Source of the DNA: Tubiluchus corallicola
Lineage: Eukaryota > Animalia > Priapulida
NCBI GenBank assembly: GCA_030141605.1
Contig: JAQGDQ010002377.1
Coordinates: 1-64,000, forward strand
Direction: 5' to 3'
DNA length: 64,000 bases
Of the stretch, positions 22,201 to 37,200 are shown piece by piece. Every line of letters starts with the position of its first letter. The stretch's first letter is position 1. Position numbers and translations under genes: made by a program. The notes beneath the pieces are model-generated. The model worked only from the letters and a program-made list of their open reading frames with translations, was not told the DNA's origin and did not search any database.

Positions 22201-25200
22201 TCGATAAACAAGCACATGCCTCATGTTTAGAATGTAAATGTTATTAACAAAAGTTAATACAGCTGGTCATTTAAATAGCGTTTCTGTTATTAGAAAGCCA
22301 AAGCCTTCTAATAATTTTATGTTCATTGCTGAGATAGAAGGTACCGTCCGAAAATTAGAAACAGGCTCCTACAGTGCTCCTTTGCTAGAAAAGCCTGTCT
22401 GTATGTAATTCGTTACTTAATTGTAGTTTTTTATAGTTGGTAGGCAGACCTGTCATGGTTCCCATGTGGGGACTAGGATTCCAGATGTCTCGCTGGGGAT
22501 ATCAAAATCTCTCTGAACTAAGTGAAGTAGTGAACGACACTAAAGATGCTGATATTCCACTGGTATGATAATTTATCTAATTTCCTTTGCACATAATAGC
22601 AAGTTAAACAAGAATGTTTAAAAACAAGTAGTTTGGAATTAATGTGCATTTTTCATGTTTAGTGTTGATGTCACGTTTTCTTTTTAGGGTACAAAAAAGA
22701 ACATAACAATTTGAAATTATTTTCAGCATGAATTTAGCATGTGTTTGAGAAAGCATCTAAATATTAATGCTTTGTTGCACAAACTTTTAGATTTTTCAAT
22801 AGTATTTGGTAGTGTTGAGAATCTGTCTCAGCCGTGATCGATCATTGACCTTCAATAGGCTGTATGGCTCATATTAGAAATGAAACTTCAACAGTTCATT
22901 AGACTACATCAAAGAACAATTTTATATATAGCTTTAGCTTTTAGTTATGCTTACTAAGGCATTTAAATATAATAGCACCATTAAGAATTTAAGAAGCTTG
23001 ACACAACACTTTTAACACTGATACAGATATGTTGCTGCTTACTAACAGCCTTGCATTCTTCAGAATTATGTTGTGCGTGTAAATGAAACTGGTTTTGTAA
23101 CAATAGAGAATAATATTTTAATTTTAATATATTTGCATAGAAGATTTGATTATAGCCTAAAACTGAAATTTCACATACCAGTCTGCTTGCTTCAGGGTCA
23201 TATATTAGCATTCTGAGTTTAATGTTCTTGAGAGCTGGTTTGTATGCTGAGACATGGTGCAGCTTACGAACTGTGTACTAATTCTAGCATGGCTAAAAAT
23301 AGCAAACAATAGTATGCAGTTCAATAAGTGCGGTACAATGTTATTACTAATTATAATGACTTGTACAAATGAGATGTAGGGATGAGATTTTGAGAATGAG
23401 TCACTTACTTCGTACCGACGTCGTACCGCTGTACATCGCTTCTGGTGCTAGAATGTCATTCCTTCCAGTGATGCTGCAGATGCAAGTGAGCTCATCACAG
23501 ATATTAGTTCCTGCAAATTGGTAAATATACACTCATAAAGCTCACAGACTTGAGAGAAAACACGGTTTATCAGTAAGGTAGTGGTGTGAAACATATGAAT
23601 AACTCAAGTTTTGATACTGTAATAAATTAAAATTTAGTTTGTAAATTTAGGATCTTCAGTATGCAGACATAGACTACATGTACGACCGCCGAGACTTCAC
23701 CCTAGATGAAGAAAACTTTGAAGGGTTGCCGGATTATATTAAGCATTTACAAGACGAAGAACAAATGAGATTTGTGATTATTTTGGTGAGTAGCCACTGA
23801 TCGTGTAACATGGCAGTTATTCGTTACTACGCTCATGCTTAATTGATTCAAAAAGATGTAAAGTTTATGTAGTTATTTTTCCTCAATAGTGAATATTGTA
23901 ATAGTGAACAGTAATAATTTGCAGTGCTTATTTTCCAGGACTAAGTACACGTAGTATTTTAATTAAACTGATGACGATATTTGGGTGTTAATGGCCACCA
24001 GTGATATATCTAAACAATTATAAAAAGGGGATTATGTTCTTGATTACAAGATTTTAAACTGCTGTTAACTAGAATTTATAAAACTACCATATTAGTAAAC
24101 CTTGTGTATAAATTTCAATCAACCTCATGTTAATTAACTGAAGGAGAAAAGCGCTGAAAAATTGTAAACAAGTCGGGATTTGAACTCAAGCCTTGTGACT
24201 GCGGGTCGCATGCTCTATCATTTGAGCTTCTGGCCCATTGTAACAGAGTAGCTCAGAATTCTCATCTTTATGGTACAGAATCAATCCGTATCATCTACAC
24301 CTATTTCATAGAGGGGTGAAACCAATTAAATTAAATTAATTAAATGAGCTGGTCTTCTCTGAATAATAAATTTAAATTGTGACAAACCAGAATTAATAAA
24401 TCTAATGGTATATATAACAACAACTAATTATCTGAAGGACAAAGATGGCTGACAAATTGTGAAGCGTTAGGTTTATCATATATGGCTCGTCATAGTTAAA
24501 AATTTATTGCTGATCTAAGGTATGTAGTAAATATAAAATAAGGCATAGTGACGTAATGTCGGCCATCGGCTAAAGCCATCCATCTAGTTTTTATACACTC
24601 ACATTAAGTCATGTGACCTATACTGTTTTTTTTTTATAAAAGATGTAAAATATTTATATAGTATATACGGCCACTTTTAAATTTTTCAATGATTTGCCTT
24701 GTATTTACTTCAATATTTTATAAATATATACAAATTAATGTATATACCCCACGACTGTGATTTCACATTACTTTGTGCACAGGATCCTGCAATAATTTCT
24801 AATGCCTCCGGTTATCTGCCCTACGAAAATGGAACTGCAGATGATGTGTGGGTCAAGTGGCCACCTGGGATGAACCCTGATTATGAAGAATCTGGTGATT
24901 ATCTTCTTGGTTATGTAAGTATTAACAATGTTTTTGTAATACTGATTATGTTATATTATTAAAATTTATGAAGTAAGGGCTTAAAACTATACCACTCACA
25001 AGTTTCAAACAAAATTAATTATAATTGTAATCTTGTTTGTTAGGTTTGGCCCACTGGAAAGACAGTTTACCCCGATTTCCTGAATACTAGAGCGCAAGAA
25101 TGGTGGAAAAATTTTATAATAAAGGAGCGTGAGAGACTGAGATTCGACGGCCTTTGGATTGTAAGAAGATTGGTTATTGCATTTTTAGTAACAAGTCTTA

Positions 25201-28200
25201 GGTTCTAAGCTTGCAGCTATATTTATTCTTGATTGATGACATTGGAACCACTTATTGATGAAATGTGTTCTTCTGAGAAAATGCAGAATTTTGGTGAAAC
25301 CATTAAAGGAAAACAGCACAATTTTTCAGATAATACCCAATTTTCAACGATTTTCTAAAATATACTTTTTATGACATAATTATCGATGTATTCCTCATAA
25401 TTAATAAGTTAAGCTGGCCATGACATCACAAGTGTGAAAATTTTCAAATAGCGGAAATCTTCCATGTGTGTTTTGCTATGGCGAAAATTGAAATATGGTG
25501 CTGCTATGTTACACCATCAATGAAATTCAACAGCCTAACATATTTTAAGTCAACAGTATGAAATTTTGACATTATCGCTAGATCAATGTGTAGCTGCTGT
25601 TCTGTCATAAGTGAAATGAATTTTGTTAATCGGGTGCAATGCTCATTTTTTATGCAGTGCTTTTCCAAGACAACAGGCACAGGCACCTATCTAGTTATAC
25701 TGCACTGTGTTGTATTACATTGTGCTGCACTGTGCCATATCATACCATACCATACTGTACTGCACGGTACTGTACTGAAGTATGCAGTCAGTAGTTGAAC
25801 ATTTTACTGTGCTGTACACTACGTTTTACTATGCTGTGGTTCGTCATTTTGAACCATAAATTGTTATTTTGTACGTGTATTTATAATGTCTTACACAAGA
25901 AGCTGAGGCTGTGTTTTTGCAACACTAATATAAGTAAAGTCATTATCTAAAATTTTAAATGACCTGCAATATTTTCTTTTCTTTTTCTACTTTTTTATGT
26001 GTAAAAATTGAAATAAATTTTAGATTGGAAAAAAAATCTAAAAACTAAGGTATTTCATGTAGCTCAGTGCTTTTGAAAACTTCTACATATTATGATTGTA
26101 ATTTTTTTAATTAGGATATGAACGAACCCACTTGCTTCAATACAAATGACATAAAACCATGGAATTGGCCTGATGACGCACTACCCTATTGGTCTCTTAA
26201 GTGCCCACCTGACAGTACGTTAGAGCTTCCACCATACAAAACTAGTAAGTCATTAAACTTTACTACTTACTAAAAATAACGGTAAGATGCAGAATTTTCT
26301 GAATACCAGTATTATATTATTAATATTGTATGATAAATAAGATGATTGAGATGTACACTTTGCTTTTTAAACAAGGCCAGGAAAGCAGTTTTACATATAT
26401 GTAACTATTTACTCTGTTTGAAATTCTGTAGATTTAGAAATTTCTATAATCTTTTCATTTATTTGACTGACAGAATGCATTGTGAAAATTGTTGCTTCAT
26501 GGTGCTTACTAAGTTAAGCCTACCAAGCTATCATGTCTATGCAAATGTAATAGTAGGTTTGTTCTGAATCAGATTTTGTTAAAGAAAGACATGATGATAT
26601 TTCATTAAGTACTGTAAAAAAGTGTACATTGTAACATCAATAATACTGCAAAAGTGTTTATCATAATTAAATAATGGATTAAAATCTTAATTAATGGCAG
26701 GCGAGCCCCAACTACTGATGACATCACAAACGAATATAATTGTAACAGCAAAAGCATTCCATGAGCGGGTTGTATGTTCACAAAAACGAAAATTGAAATA
26801 CAGCACTGCTGTACGAGATTCAATGTGTTGTACTAAAACTCGGCAAGTTTTAAATAAAGATTCAAATTTAAAATTTACCGCTGCGATCATGCATGAGCTG
26901 TCGAACGTGTGCAGTATGTCACAAACGAACACCTCTGAACTAAGAGGTACAGTACCTGTTTTTTTGCAACATGCTATAAAATGCAGGTGCCCCCTAGTAC
27001 ACAACCATCGAATGGCGAAATGCATGTAACAAAAGGGAAAAACTAGTGGCGCGAAGCGAAATTGCTTCTTTGCGATAATAATTTTTTTCACATAAGTCAT
27101 TTTTGAAAAAATATTATGTTTCCTTTCAATATTTTAAAGAGTAGATTGCTTTGACCTATAGCTTAAGATTTCGACTGGTTTTCTTTTTTAAAACTTTACT
27201 TTTTTATAGCGGCATTATGGGCAAAGAACTGGGACCATCAGGGGCCTGTCCTGCTATCTGACAATACCATTTGCATGGATTCATTGCATGATGATGGCAA
27301 ATACAGACACTATGATGTGCACAGTTTGTATGGTTGGTCGCAAACTCCAGCTACATTAGAGTAAGTGAATTTTCTGGACAAAATCAGGGCATTTTAAGTG
27401 CATCTCAAAAACTCTGAGAATTTAATTTAGTCTTTATTGGAGGCAACAATTTTAACAAGGTGGTCGTCTGAGAATTTGATGCAAGTTCTATATGTAGAAG
27501 GCAAAGGAGAAGGCAAAAAGTAATAAAGTACAGAAATTTAGCTCAGTAAAAATTCTCTATGAATGCGTTTAATAATAACCAGTAAAGCTTGGTGAGTGAG
27601 TTCTCTCTCTCTCTCTCTCTCGCTCGCTCTCTCTCTCTCTCTCCACTCTCTCTTTCTTTCTCCTCTCTCTCTCTCTCTCTCTTGGATAGTGGGTCTTTGA
27701 TGTCATAATAGTTTAGTGCCCATAGCATAAATTACTTTAATTAATACGAATTTTCTATTCTTGATCTAAGCTGATCAAACGGGTTAGAGTGCTGCCATAT
27801 CTATTATTAATTTTTCACGTTTTTTAATATTGTGGCCTTAATGGCCTTTCAACAGCCCCAAGATTTTTTTCTCTGATAGGCTTAAATTCTCTGTAAATTC
27901 ATTTTCGATATTTGTTTTTGATACGTCTTTCTAAAACGTGTGAGAATAGTATTAGTTTTACTTTTTAATGCATATACTTGTGTTCAATTAAATGAAGCAA
28001 TAGGTTAGGAACCATTGGATCATCCTATAAATTGTAAAATCTGCATCGTTTTTAGCGTTCTCTGCTGCACTATATTGTGCACTATATTTATTAACCGTGT
28101 AGAATAGAAGGAAAGACAGCAAAAAATTTATTTGAAGACATAATAATATGACAAAATTAAAACTAATATCCACTTCTTGAGGATATGATGTATCGCTTAC

Positions 28201-31200
28201 AAGCAAGAGATCAAAAACTATGGATGATGATGATCATTCTTTATCTGTTGTTTTTTTTAAATTATTAAACCAATGTCTTGGTGTAATTCTTCTTTTAAAG
28301 TAACTAGAATATTGTTTGGTTTGATGGACTGCACATTAGAACATGAAGCTAATTGGAACAATCTCATTAGTAAGATTTATATCAAATGAATAACTTCTTT
28401 ACAGTGCAGCGCGGGAAGCCACTGGTGAAAGAAGTATGGTATTTTCTCGCTCTACCTATGCCGGCAGTGGTCACTATGGTGGTTCTTGGACTGGGGATAA
28501 TACTAGCAAATGGCCTGATATGAAATCTTCAATTGTTGGTACAAAATTATTTCATGTATTTCATTTTCTTTTTATGGATTCTTCTTTTTCCAGTATTTAT
28601 TTATTTATTAAACCATTAAGGAAAGCAGTTACAAAAGGCAAAGAAAAAAGACTTAAAAAAACATTATACATCTAAACAAAGAAACCACATATAAGTGGTA
28701 TAATGGTTCAAGCACAAAAACGCATATAACAGGGCAACGCACATATATAAATAAACTTAATATTACATATGTATTACAGTTAGTCAGTCAATCAGGCTTG
28801 CACTAAATAGTCTCAGTCTGACCTGTCTTCAAATATTTTGTGGACCAATCTGGCATTAATTTTAATAATTTCTATATCTTGTGATGCATTTAAAAACACG
28901 AACTGCTCATTAGGAGACATATAATGAACGCCAGGACAGAAATAAAAAATAATACAAAAACATTCCTCTCTTATTCGTGAGCGTACAGTGAGCACAGTGA
29001 GCGTACAGTCAGTAATTACATGAAATTCATCCTTTACTTTGTTCAAACCACAATTTTTTACATACTCATGTTCTACGGGTATTTTTTCAGCTTATGATAT
29101 CTACCGATTTCAATTGCTAATTCATGAGCACTAATACGAAATCTTGTTAAGTTAGTTTTGATATGTTTTAAATGCAAATCAACAAACAATTTTCCATTTT
29201 ATAAGAATTTTTAAAAGTTTATACGTTCTAAGTTTATTGCTATTTTCATTCGGTGCAACCCGGTTCATTTGCTACTGCCAGTACTGTCTACACCGAGATT
29301 CAAGTTTATCATTGATGACTTTGATAAATTTCTTTTTATTAAATGTGCCTTGGTTCTTCCAAACGTGTCCAAAACCTAAATCAGAAAAAAAACAGTTTTA
29401 ATAAACGTAGCCCGTGAATGTCCACCACATTCGCTAATACCTTTAGAAAGGACATAAGCATCTTTTGCGAGGCTATTGTCTGGTGCCTTCAAGAGATGGA
29501 GCCACAAATTCAGGCATTTTTATTTATGCTTACTTTTTGTTATTGTTTACTTATCAAGCACTAGTAAGACCATACTTTTAAGAATCATTTCTATAGTATG
29601 TGTCGCAAGCGGCTCAGACAAAACTGAGCACCAGAACCATCGTTTAATGACATATTGTCATTTTTTAACACAGTTAAAACCTAAGGTCCACAAAATGCTT
29701 TTTAGTCTCAAAGTTTATGCCTATAAGCTTTCGAACTTTAGACTTCGGCTAGAAACTGAGTCGCAGTCAACTTGCAACAAACAAGAATCAAAATCACTTA
29801 CATGAAGAAAAATTAAAACCTTGTTAGCTGTAACAAACCACTGCAAATATGACAAGACTGTTCTTATGATATAATACTAGAGATGAACTATGGTAACTAA
29901 AGATTCCATAGGTTAGCCATAGATTTGTCCCCGAGCCTTGTCTAATTGCTGCCTATCTTATTATAATGACAAATTTAGAAACATTTTAGGTAGATCTAGT
30001 ATTATAAGGAGGTAGAGTTATTAATCTTCAAAGTAAAATATGTAAAAAGTGATACAAGTGGTATAAGAAATGTTTTTTTTGCTTGCAGCACTGTTTGAAT
30101 ACAACATGTTTGGTATTCCATATGTAAGTATGTTACACCAGCTTCTTAATTTGAAAGTTCATTATTTCTTATTTGTCAATAACTGTAAACTTAGACAAAT
30201 TACAAACTATAACATTGGCAAAATCTACGAAAATGACTGGATTATATATGGAGAGTGAGCAATGAACAGTGTATCAAGTGAGGACTAACTATTGATTGAC
30301 GCTTTTAAGGAAAACAGGATGATTTTTTTCCTTAAAGATTCAAATTTAAAATTAACCAATTTTGCTAATGCATGATTTGTTGAACGTGTGCAATATGTCA
30401 CAAACAAACACCTCTGAATTGAGAGGTACAGCACCTGTTTTTTGTGCAACGTGTTTCCGGAATGCAAGCACTAGTGCCCGTCTAACTAGCGAATGGCGAA
30501 ATGCATAACAACAAAGAACTAGTGACACGAACGCGAAATTGCGTTTGTGTGGTAATAATTCTTTCGCGTAAGTCATTCTTGAAAAAATAATGTTTCCTTT
30601 CAACAATTTAAAGAGTAGATTGTTTTGACCTACAGTTCAAGATTGACTCCGTTTTTCTTTTAAGTGAACTCCCATTGAGGAAACTTTTATACACAAATAA
30701 ACTTGCCTATGTCAGTTCGATACATCTTTATGGTGAATCTTTAATGATGAGCCAGATTCCTGTCCAGCCTCAACCATCTACGTGAAGTCTGACTTGCTGA
30801 ATGCCAAGTGCAAAGCTTCACTTTTTTGAATGAATTGAATTGAATGAATTTGATAATAATTACTTTTTTGTTACACTTGTATGTCAAGATGTAAGCAATC
30901 TTGTGTTTTTTTATTATACAACTGCTTGGTTGCTTGGTTACTATCCACTGCACTGAACTTGTAAGCTTATTGTCTACAATGAACTAGTGGCATAAGAAAT
31001 GCTTGCAGTGCCCGCGAGCAAAAAACTTCTGGTACCCTACCCAGGCAACCCCTTTAATGCTTTGCTCATTTATTTTGTGGGTGCGCATTTTTTGCACCCC
31101 TGAGACCCACTTTCCTTTTTGAACATGATGAGATGAACGAATTTTGTCTAAGAATCACCCTGTGTTTGATTTGTGGTACTGCAACCAGAATAACTCTTTT

Positions 31201-34200
31201 CTGTGCTTTGGTCTAGGAAAGGTGCGCGTAACGTGACAGTCCTTAAACATTCAGCTCCAGCATTAAAACGGGCAAAGATTAGTCCAGATACAGAACTCTA
31301 CTTGTCTTCTATACATTCGGTATTTAGAGAATAGTAACACTATTTCTCCCAAAATTAACGATCTGTTAATCAACGTGACACCCTACATATGCCATTAAGT
31401 AACCACATTAGCCTTTTTTCTAAGCTGTATGTAGTCTTAAGTCAGCTACGATGATCACTGTATAGGCAGTTTTACTGTAGTTTGAAAACTTTTATTAATT
31501 CCTAATGTCGGATTAGTAAATAATAATTAACAGTTATTAAACTCGAAGAAATTAGCGCCCTCACACCCTTGCTCCCGAGGGAGATTGCCCCCTGTTGCCC
31601 CCCCCCCCTCCTTTGTTACACCACTACAATAAACTTCAAAAATGGAATATTAAAGTTGCATATATTACAGAAATTTCGTTGTTGGTGTATTGCAGATCGG
31701 AGCCGACATATGTGGCTTCTGGGATCACGCAACTGCTGAGATGTGCCAGCGTTGGCATCAATTGGGAGCCTTTTACCCATTTGCTCGTAATCATAATAGT
31801 GAAGGTGGAAAAGTATGTTTACTTTTATGTTCTTATTTATTTTTGTTTTTGTACTTTTTTAGAGATACAGTAAGTCTGCATTTAATGATAGTAACTTTGT
31901 CTGGCAAAATGAGGTAGCTAATTGTCGTTTCGATATACTTCTGTAATGTAAACTGTAAATACAGATGCCATATGTCATACTTTTTTCGCATCTGACTACG
32001 TTACATTTGACTATGGTACAGGTTGAACGCCTCTGTTCCCCTTGCTGCTTTTTGTTGCCGATTTATAATTTGTCTTCTGTTTATGTTTTTTCTTAATCAG
32101 TGGAATAATTAATTGCATATTTTGGGCATTATTAATATTCATGATAAGTTTCCCTTATTTGTGTGCTGTATGGATTTTTTTGGTTTTATTTTGTTCAAGT
32201 TGATTGACAATAAATTAAATACTGCAGTTGCAACATCTTAATAAAATTTCTGGAAAGTTGTAACTTGATTGAAACAATTTTTAAGTATTGGAAATTATTC
32301 TGTGCTTTATTGCGAATGAGTCGTGCTCTACTCTTTCTTCCAAATTCACCTTAACTATAGCTAGTTACAATATATCAGGTAGAAGGTGACCACTTGCAAG
32401 TAGAAGGTGATCTCTTATAGGTAGAAGGTGACCACTTATAAGTAGAAGGTGACTGCTTACAGGTGGAAGATAACCACTTACAGGTAGAAGATGACTGCTT
32501 ACAGGTAGAAGGTAACCTCTTACAGGTAGAAGGTGACTGCTTATAGGTAGGTGGTGACCACTTATAGGTAGATTGTGACATCTTATAGGTAGAAGATGGC
32601 CTCTTATATGTAGAAGGTGGCCTCTTATAGGTAGATAGTGACATCTTATAGGTAGAAGATGGCCTCTTATATGTAGAAGGTGGCCTCTTATAGGCTAGAA
32701 GGTGACCTCTTATAGGCTAGAAGGTGACCTCTTATAGGTAGAAGGTGACTACTTATAGATAGAAGGTGACCTCTTATAGGTAGATGGTGACAACTTATAG
32801 GTAGATGGTGACCTCTTATAGGCTAGAAGGTGACAACTTATAGGTAGATGGTGACCTCTTATAGGCTAGAAGTTGACCTCTTATAGGTAGAAGGTGACTA
32901 CTTACAGATAGAAGGTGACCTCTTATAGGTAGATGGTGACCACTTATAGGTAGATGGTGACCTCTTATAGGCTAGAAGGTGACTACTTACAGACAGAAGG
33001 TGACCTCTTATAGGTAGAGGTAACCCCTTATAGGTAGGCAACCACTTATAGGTAGAAGGTGACCTGTTATAGGTAAAAGGTGATCACTTATAGGTAGAAG
33101 GTGACATCTTATCAGTAGAACGTGACCTCTTATAACCTAGAAGGTGACCGCTTATAAGTAGAACATGACCTCTTATAAGCTAGAAGGTGACCACTTACAA
33201 GTAGAAGGTGACCTCTTATAGGTAGAAGGTGACCAGTTATAGGTAGAAGGTAACCTCTTATAGGTAGAAGGTAACCTCTTATAGGTAGAAGGTGATCACT
33301 TATAGATAGAAGGTGACTTCTTTTAGGTAGAAGGTGATCTCTTATAGGTAAAGGTTGACCTCTTATAGGTAAAAGGTGACTGCTTATAAGTAGAAGGTGA
33401 CCTCTTATAGGTAAAATGTGACTACTCATAAGTAGAAGGTGACCTCTGACTGGTAGGTGACTGCTTACAGGTAGAAGATGACCATTTTCAGGTAAAAGGT
33501 AACCGCTTACAGGTAGGTGACCACTTAAGTACAGGTAGAAGGTGACCTCTTATAGATAGAAGATAGCCACTTATAGGTATATGGTGGCCACTTATAGGTA
33601 GAAGGTAACCTATTATAGATAAGTTACTGCTTATAGGTAGAAAGTGATCACTTGCAGGTAAAAAGTGACCTGTTATAGTTAGAAGATGGCCTCTTACAGG
33701 TAGAAGGTGACTGCTTACAAGTAGAAGGTGACACTTACAGGTAAAAGGTAACCGCTTATAGGTAAAAGGTAACCGCTTATATCACCAAATGTTTAAGGGT
33801 TTGTACAAGAAAGGATGTACGTTCACATGCTCATGTGTTTGTTTACTTAATTGTTAATTCAGGATCAACACCCGACCATTTTTGGTGAAGCAGTTGCAGC
33901 TAATGTTGCCAAATACATGAAGATTCGTTACCGGTTGCTGCCATATCTTTACACGCTGATGCATCTCGCTCACAAAGATGGTTCCACTGTTGTCCGGCCA
34001 TTATTTTTCAAGTATGTTAACAAATGCTTTTTTCTGAACTGCTTTTCTTTTTAATCCATGGGTAAACATAAAATTGATCTAAAGTCTGTTAATTAGTTTT
34101 TGCTGAAGAGTGTTGTTCGTACTAATGAAGTACTGACCTTGTTAATACAATGAGTCCTCGCTTAACGATGCTAATGCATTGCAGCAAAACGCAACTTTAA

Positions 34201-37200
34201 GGGAAACGTTGTTAAACGAAATCAAAACTTCCATAGAAAGTAATAAATAAAGAACTGAGATACGTTACAGGGGCAAAATCAATGTTGCTTAAATCATATG
34301 AATTAAGCGTTTTATGAGTTTCTTTATGGTTTCTACTAATTAATTTTTCTGCTTGCTTGAAAACACCTATCTTTCTTACCAATACATACCTAGCTAACCA
34401 TTTCTCTTTCACTCAGGTCTAGGCCTAAGCAGTAAACAATAAACAATAAACACTGCAGAGTCAAAGCCAAGCGGTGCATGAGGCTTCCTTGGAAATTTTA
34501 TCATACCAGAGCACTGTATCATTTACTAGTAACTACGTAGTCTGGTTGCTATAGGAACAGTTGCGGGTAGAATTCCTTCGCACAAAGTTTGTTTACAGGT
34601 TTCACTTGATAGAAACGGCAGTTTATAGTAGTCAGTCGGAAAGCAAAAATATGTGTAATAATTGCACTGTTTACGCTACTAATACACTTTTAAAACAGAA
34701 TAATGCGATAATTTATGTGCCATTTTATTTTTTCAAATTAAATAAGAAAGTTGTTGATAAATGGAAATTGGCTTTCGGTAAGGTAAAAAAAATCGTCATT
34801 GATATGAAACATGCGTCGTTAATTGAAAAAAGGTGGCAAATGTTCAGCGTTGTAAAAACAAAATGTCGGTAAACGGGCAGTTGTTAAGCGAGAACTTACT
34901 GTACTGTTTGCCAGAATTAGTATCTATTAATAAAATTTTGCTGTACATTTTACTCAAGTAACCATATTTTTAGGGCTTTGTTATAGAATGTAGTTTAATG
35001 CCTTTAGCTAAAGTAAGTGAACCTGTGTCATCAATAAGTTTTTAAATAAGAAGACACAACCAACTAAAAAGAAGAAAAATAGAAACCAAATTAACTGACT
35101 GCTGCCAACTACAGCCACTGTTATCAGTGAATTGACCACTGTTTTAAATATTATTTATTTAGTTATAAAGGTGTGAAATTCATCTGATAAAAAGGGAAAA
35201 TTTACGTAAACAGCAACAATAAAAAATGTCCTTAAAAGCTGACACAAATAAATTGTTAGTTCAGTTCTGTAGTATCTGTTAACTGTTAACTTCCTCAATT
35301 TATGACTTAAGATTTAAGTCTCTGCTCTTGCTTAGATTAGATTAGATTAAATTAGTAATTTATTTTTATCTATAAATTTACATTTAACGATAAAATATAC
35401 GAAAATTCAAATGAACATGAGAGAAAGGGTGGCGAAAAACCAAAGGTTAGTGAGTCAACCACCGTTCTCAGAAAGACAAATAAACAAAATCACACTAATG
35501 ACAAAAAGAACACAACTATAAAAAATACATAAACATCCATAAATACAAAAAATAAAATAAAAAAACAAACATACAAATCCGTCCATTCCTAAAGAAAAGT
35601 GGATATTATACAGTTCAAAACAGAAAGTCAGATCAAAATGAGAATACTTAAATATTCAGAAAAAACAACATTCGCAAAGAAAATTTAACTGGAATCAAGA
35701 TTTTCAGATATGAATATTAAACAAAATGAAATGAAATTTAAATTTAAATTAGTAACTTTAGGAGAAATAATAGTTATCAAGTGTTTGGTTTATGGAAGAT
35801 ATAAAATATATCTATAAAGAGACTATGAATATATGTGAAAAGTAAAAAGAAGTAAAAAAGAAAAACAAATTGTCCCGATAATTGCAATACATTAAGCAAA
35901 AATTTTGGATTTGAAGAATGACAAATTTATGATCCAGATTTAAGTATCATAGCAGCAGAATACAAAAAATTATCTGATTTGTCAAATCTTGCTTTATATG
36001 TTTCCAATAACTGTAAGGTGGTGACCTTATCCAGTTTACATGAAACTTAAATTCCTGTATTTTTGGATAGGACACGTTAATGTCAATAATTATGTGTATT
36101 CTTACATATGTATATGTATGCTGTTATTTTTGCAAGTGCTTGCCAACGAATGACTACGATTTTCTTTTATTTAGTGTAGCAATAATATGGAATTGGAAGA
36201 ATATTTACTTACGCTTCCTTTTATAAGCTTTTAATACACCATATAATGGTGTACAATCTTAAACTGATAACTTATCATGATGAAAGCAAAACACAACCTA
36301 GGCCTTTCAAAGTACATTTTACATTTACTTAGCACTATGTACGAACTGATGGATGGCACGGTTTGTTTTATTAAATAGTGGTTAAACAAAGATAACATTT
36401 TATCTCGTGAACGACGTAGAATGACATATTGTATATTGCACTTGTTTGGCAAGGCATTAAGTCCCGAAATTGAAAATAATGACAACCTTTCTCACAGTGA
36501 AAAAATTCTAACATAACATTTTTAATGGATTTCAAAAATGTTTATAAAGATTTACTTTTTTGAGGTTTCCAAAAGATCCACTCACTTGGGATGTGGATGA
36601 TCAGCTCATGTGGGGTGATGCCTTGATGGTAGCCCCAGTTATGGTAAGTCTTAACATGGCTGAGTTGTCACCGATACGCTACTCATACCCCGTTAATAAT
36701 TACTTAATACTGTTCCTGTTGTCAAGAAAACCATGAATTTTATGAAGTACTTTGTATTATTGTATTCACATTCAGTTTAGTTGCTTGTACGACATTAAAT
36801 TTGTGTTTATTCTGCTAAATTAGCAAATAATATATATGTAGGTTAAAATTAGCAAACCAGTGTACATAGTTAAATAGTTATGCCAATATGACATTGTGTA
36901 AGAATCTGTTTTTGTAAAAATTGATGTAAGTCATTGTAGAAAATAATTTTATTTTTGCATTCAGGGTTTTTTCATATAGAAACAGTTTTCACGAAATTTT
37001 CTACAAAACAAACCGAACAAAACACTTGATTTGCTTTTATTTTGTTCATGTCTTTATGCTGTCAGTTTCTTGAACAAAAATAGGAAACACAAAAAATGAA
37101 TCTTGCTCTGTCTATGCTCTTAACGTTGGTACGAAAAAAACTAGGAAAAATTCCTATAATGTAAACAGTGAAAAGCTATTAGCAATGTTGATAACATTCT

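Noticed and set aside
24172-24236. tRNA gene
   Set aside because: A and B boxes are present but the stems are degenerate and it is joined to a repeat body; treated as a SINE-like head.
26694-26730. [11 protein letters not shown] as the missing XDH GEPP exon
   Set aside because: Lies inside a repeated TTAA-flanked element in a GH31 intron, and the following sequence has no XDH similarity.
32375-33429. Heptad-repeat ORFs; also considered as a CRISPR-like array
   Set aside because: Simple 21-bp tandem repeat with no unique spacers, in a eukaryotic intron.
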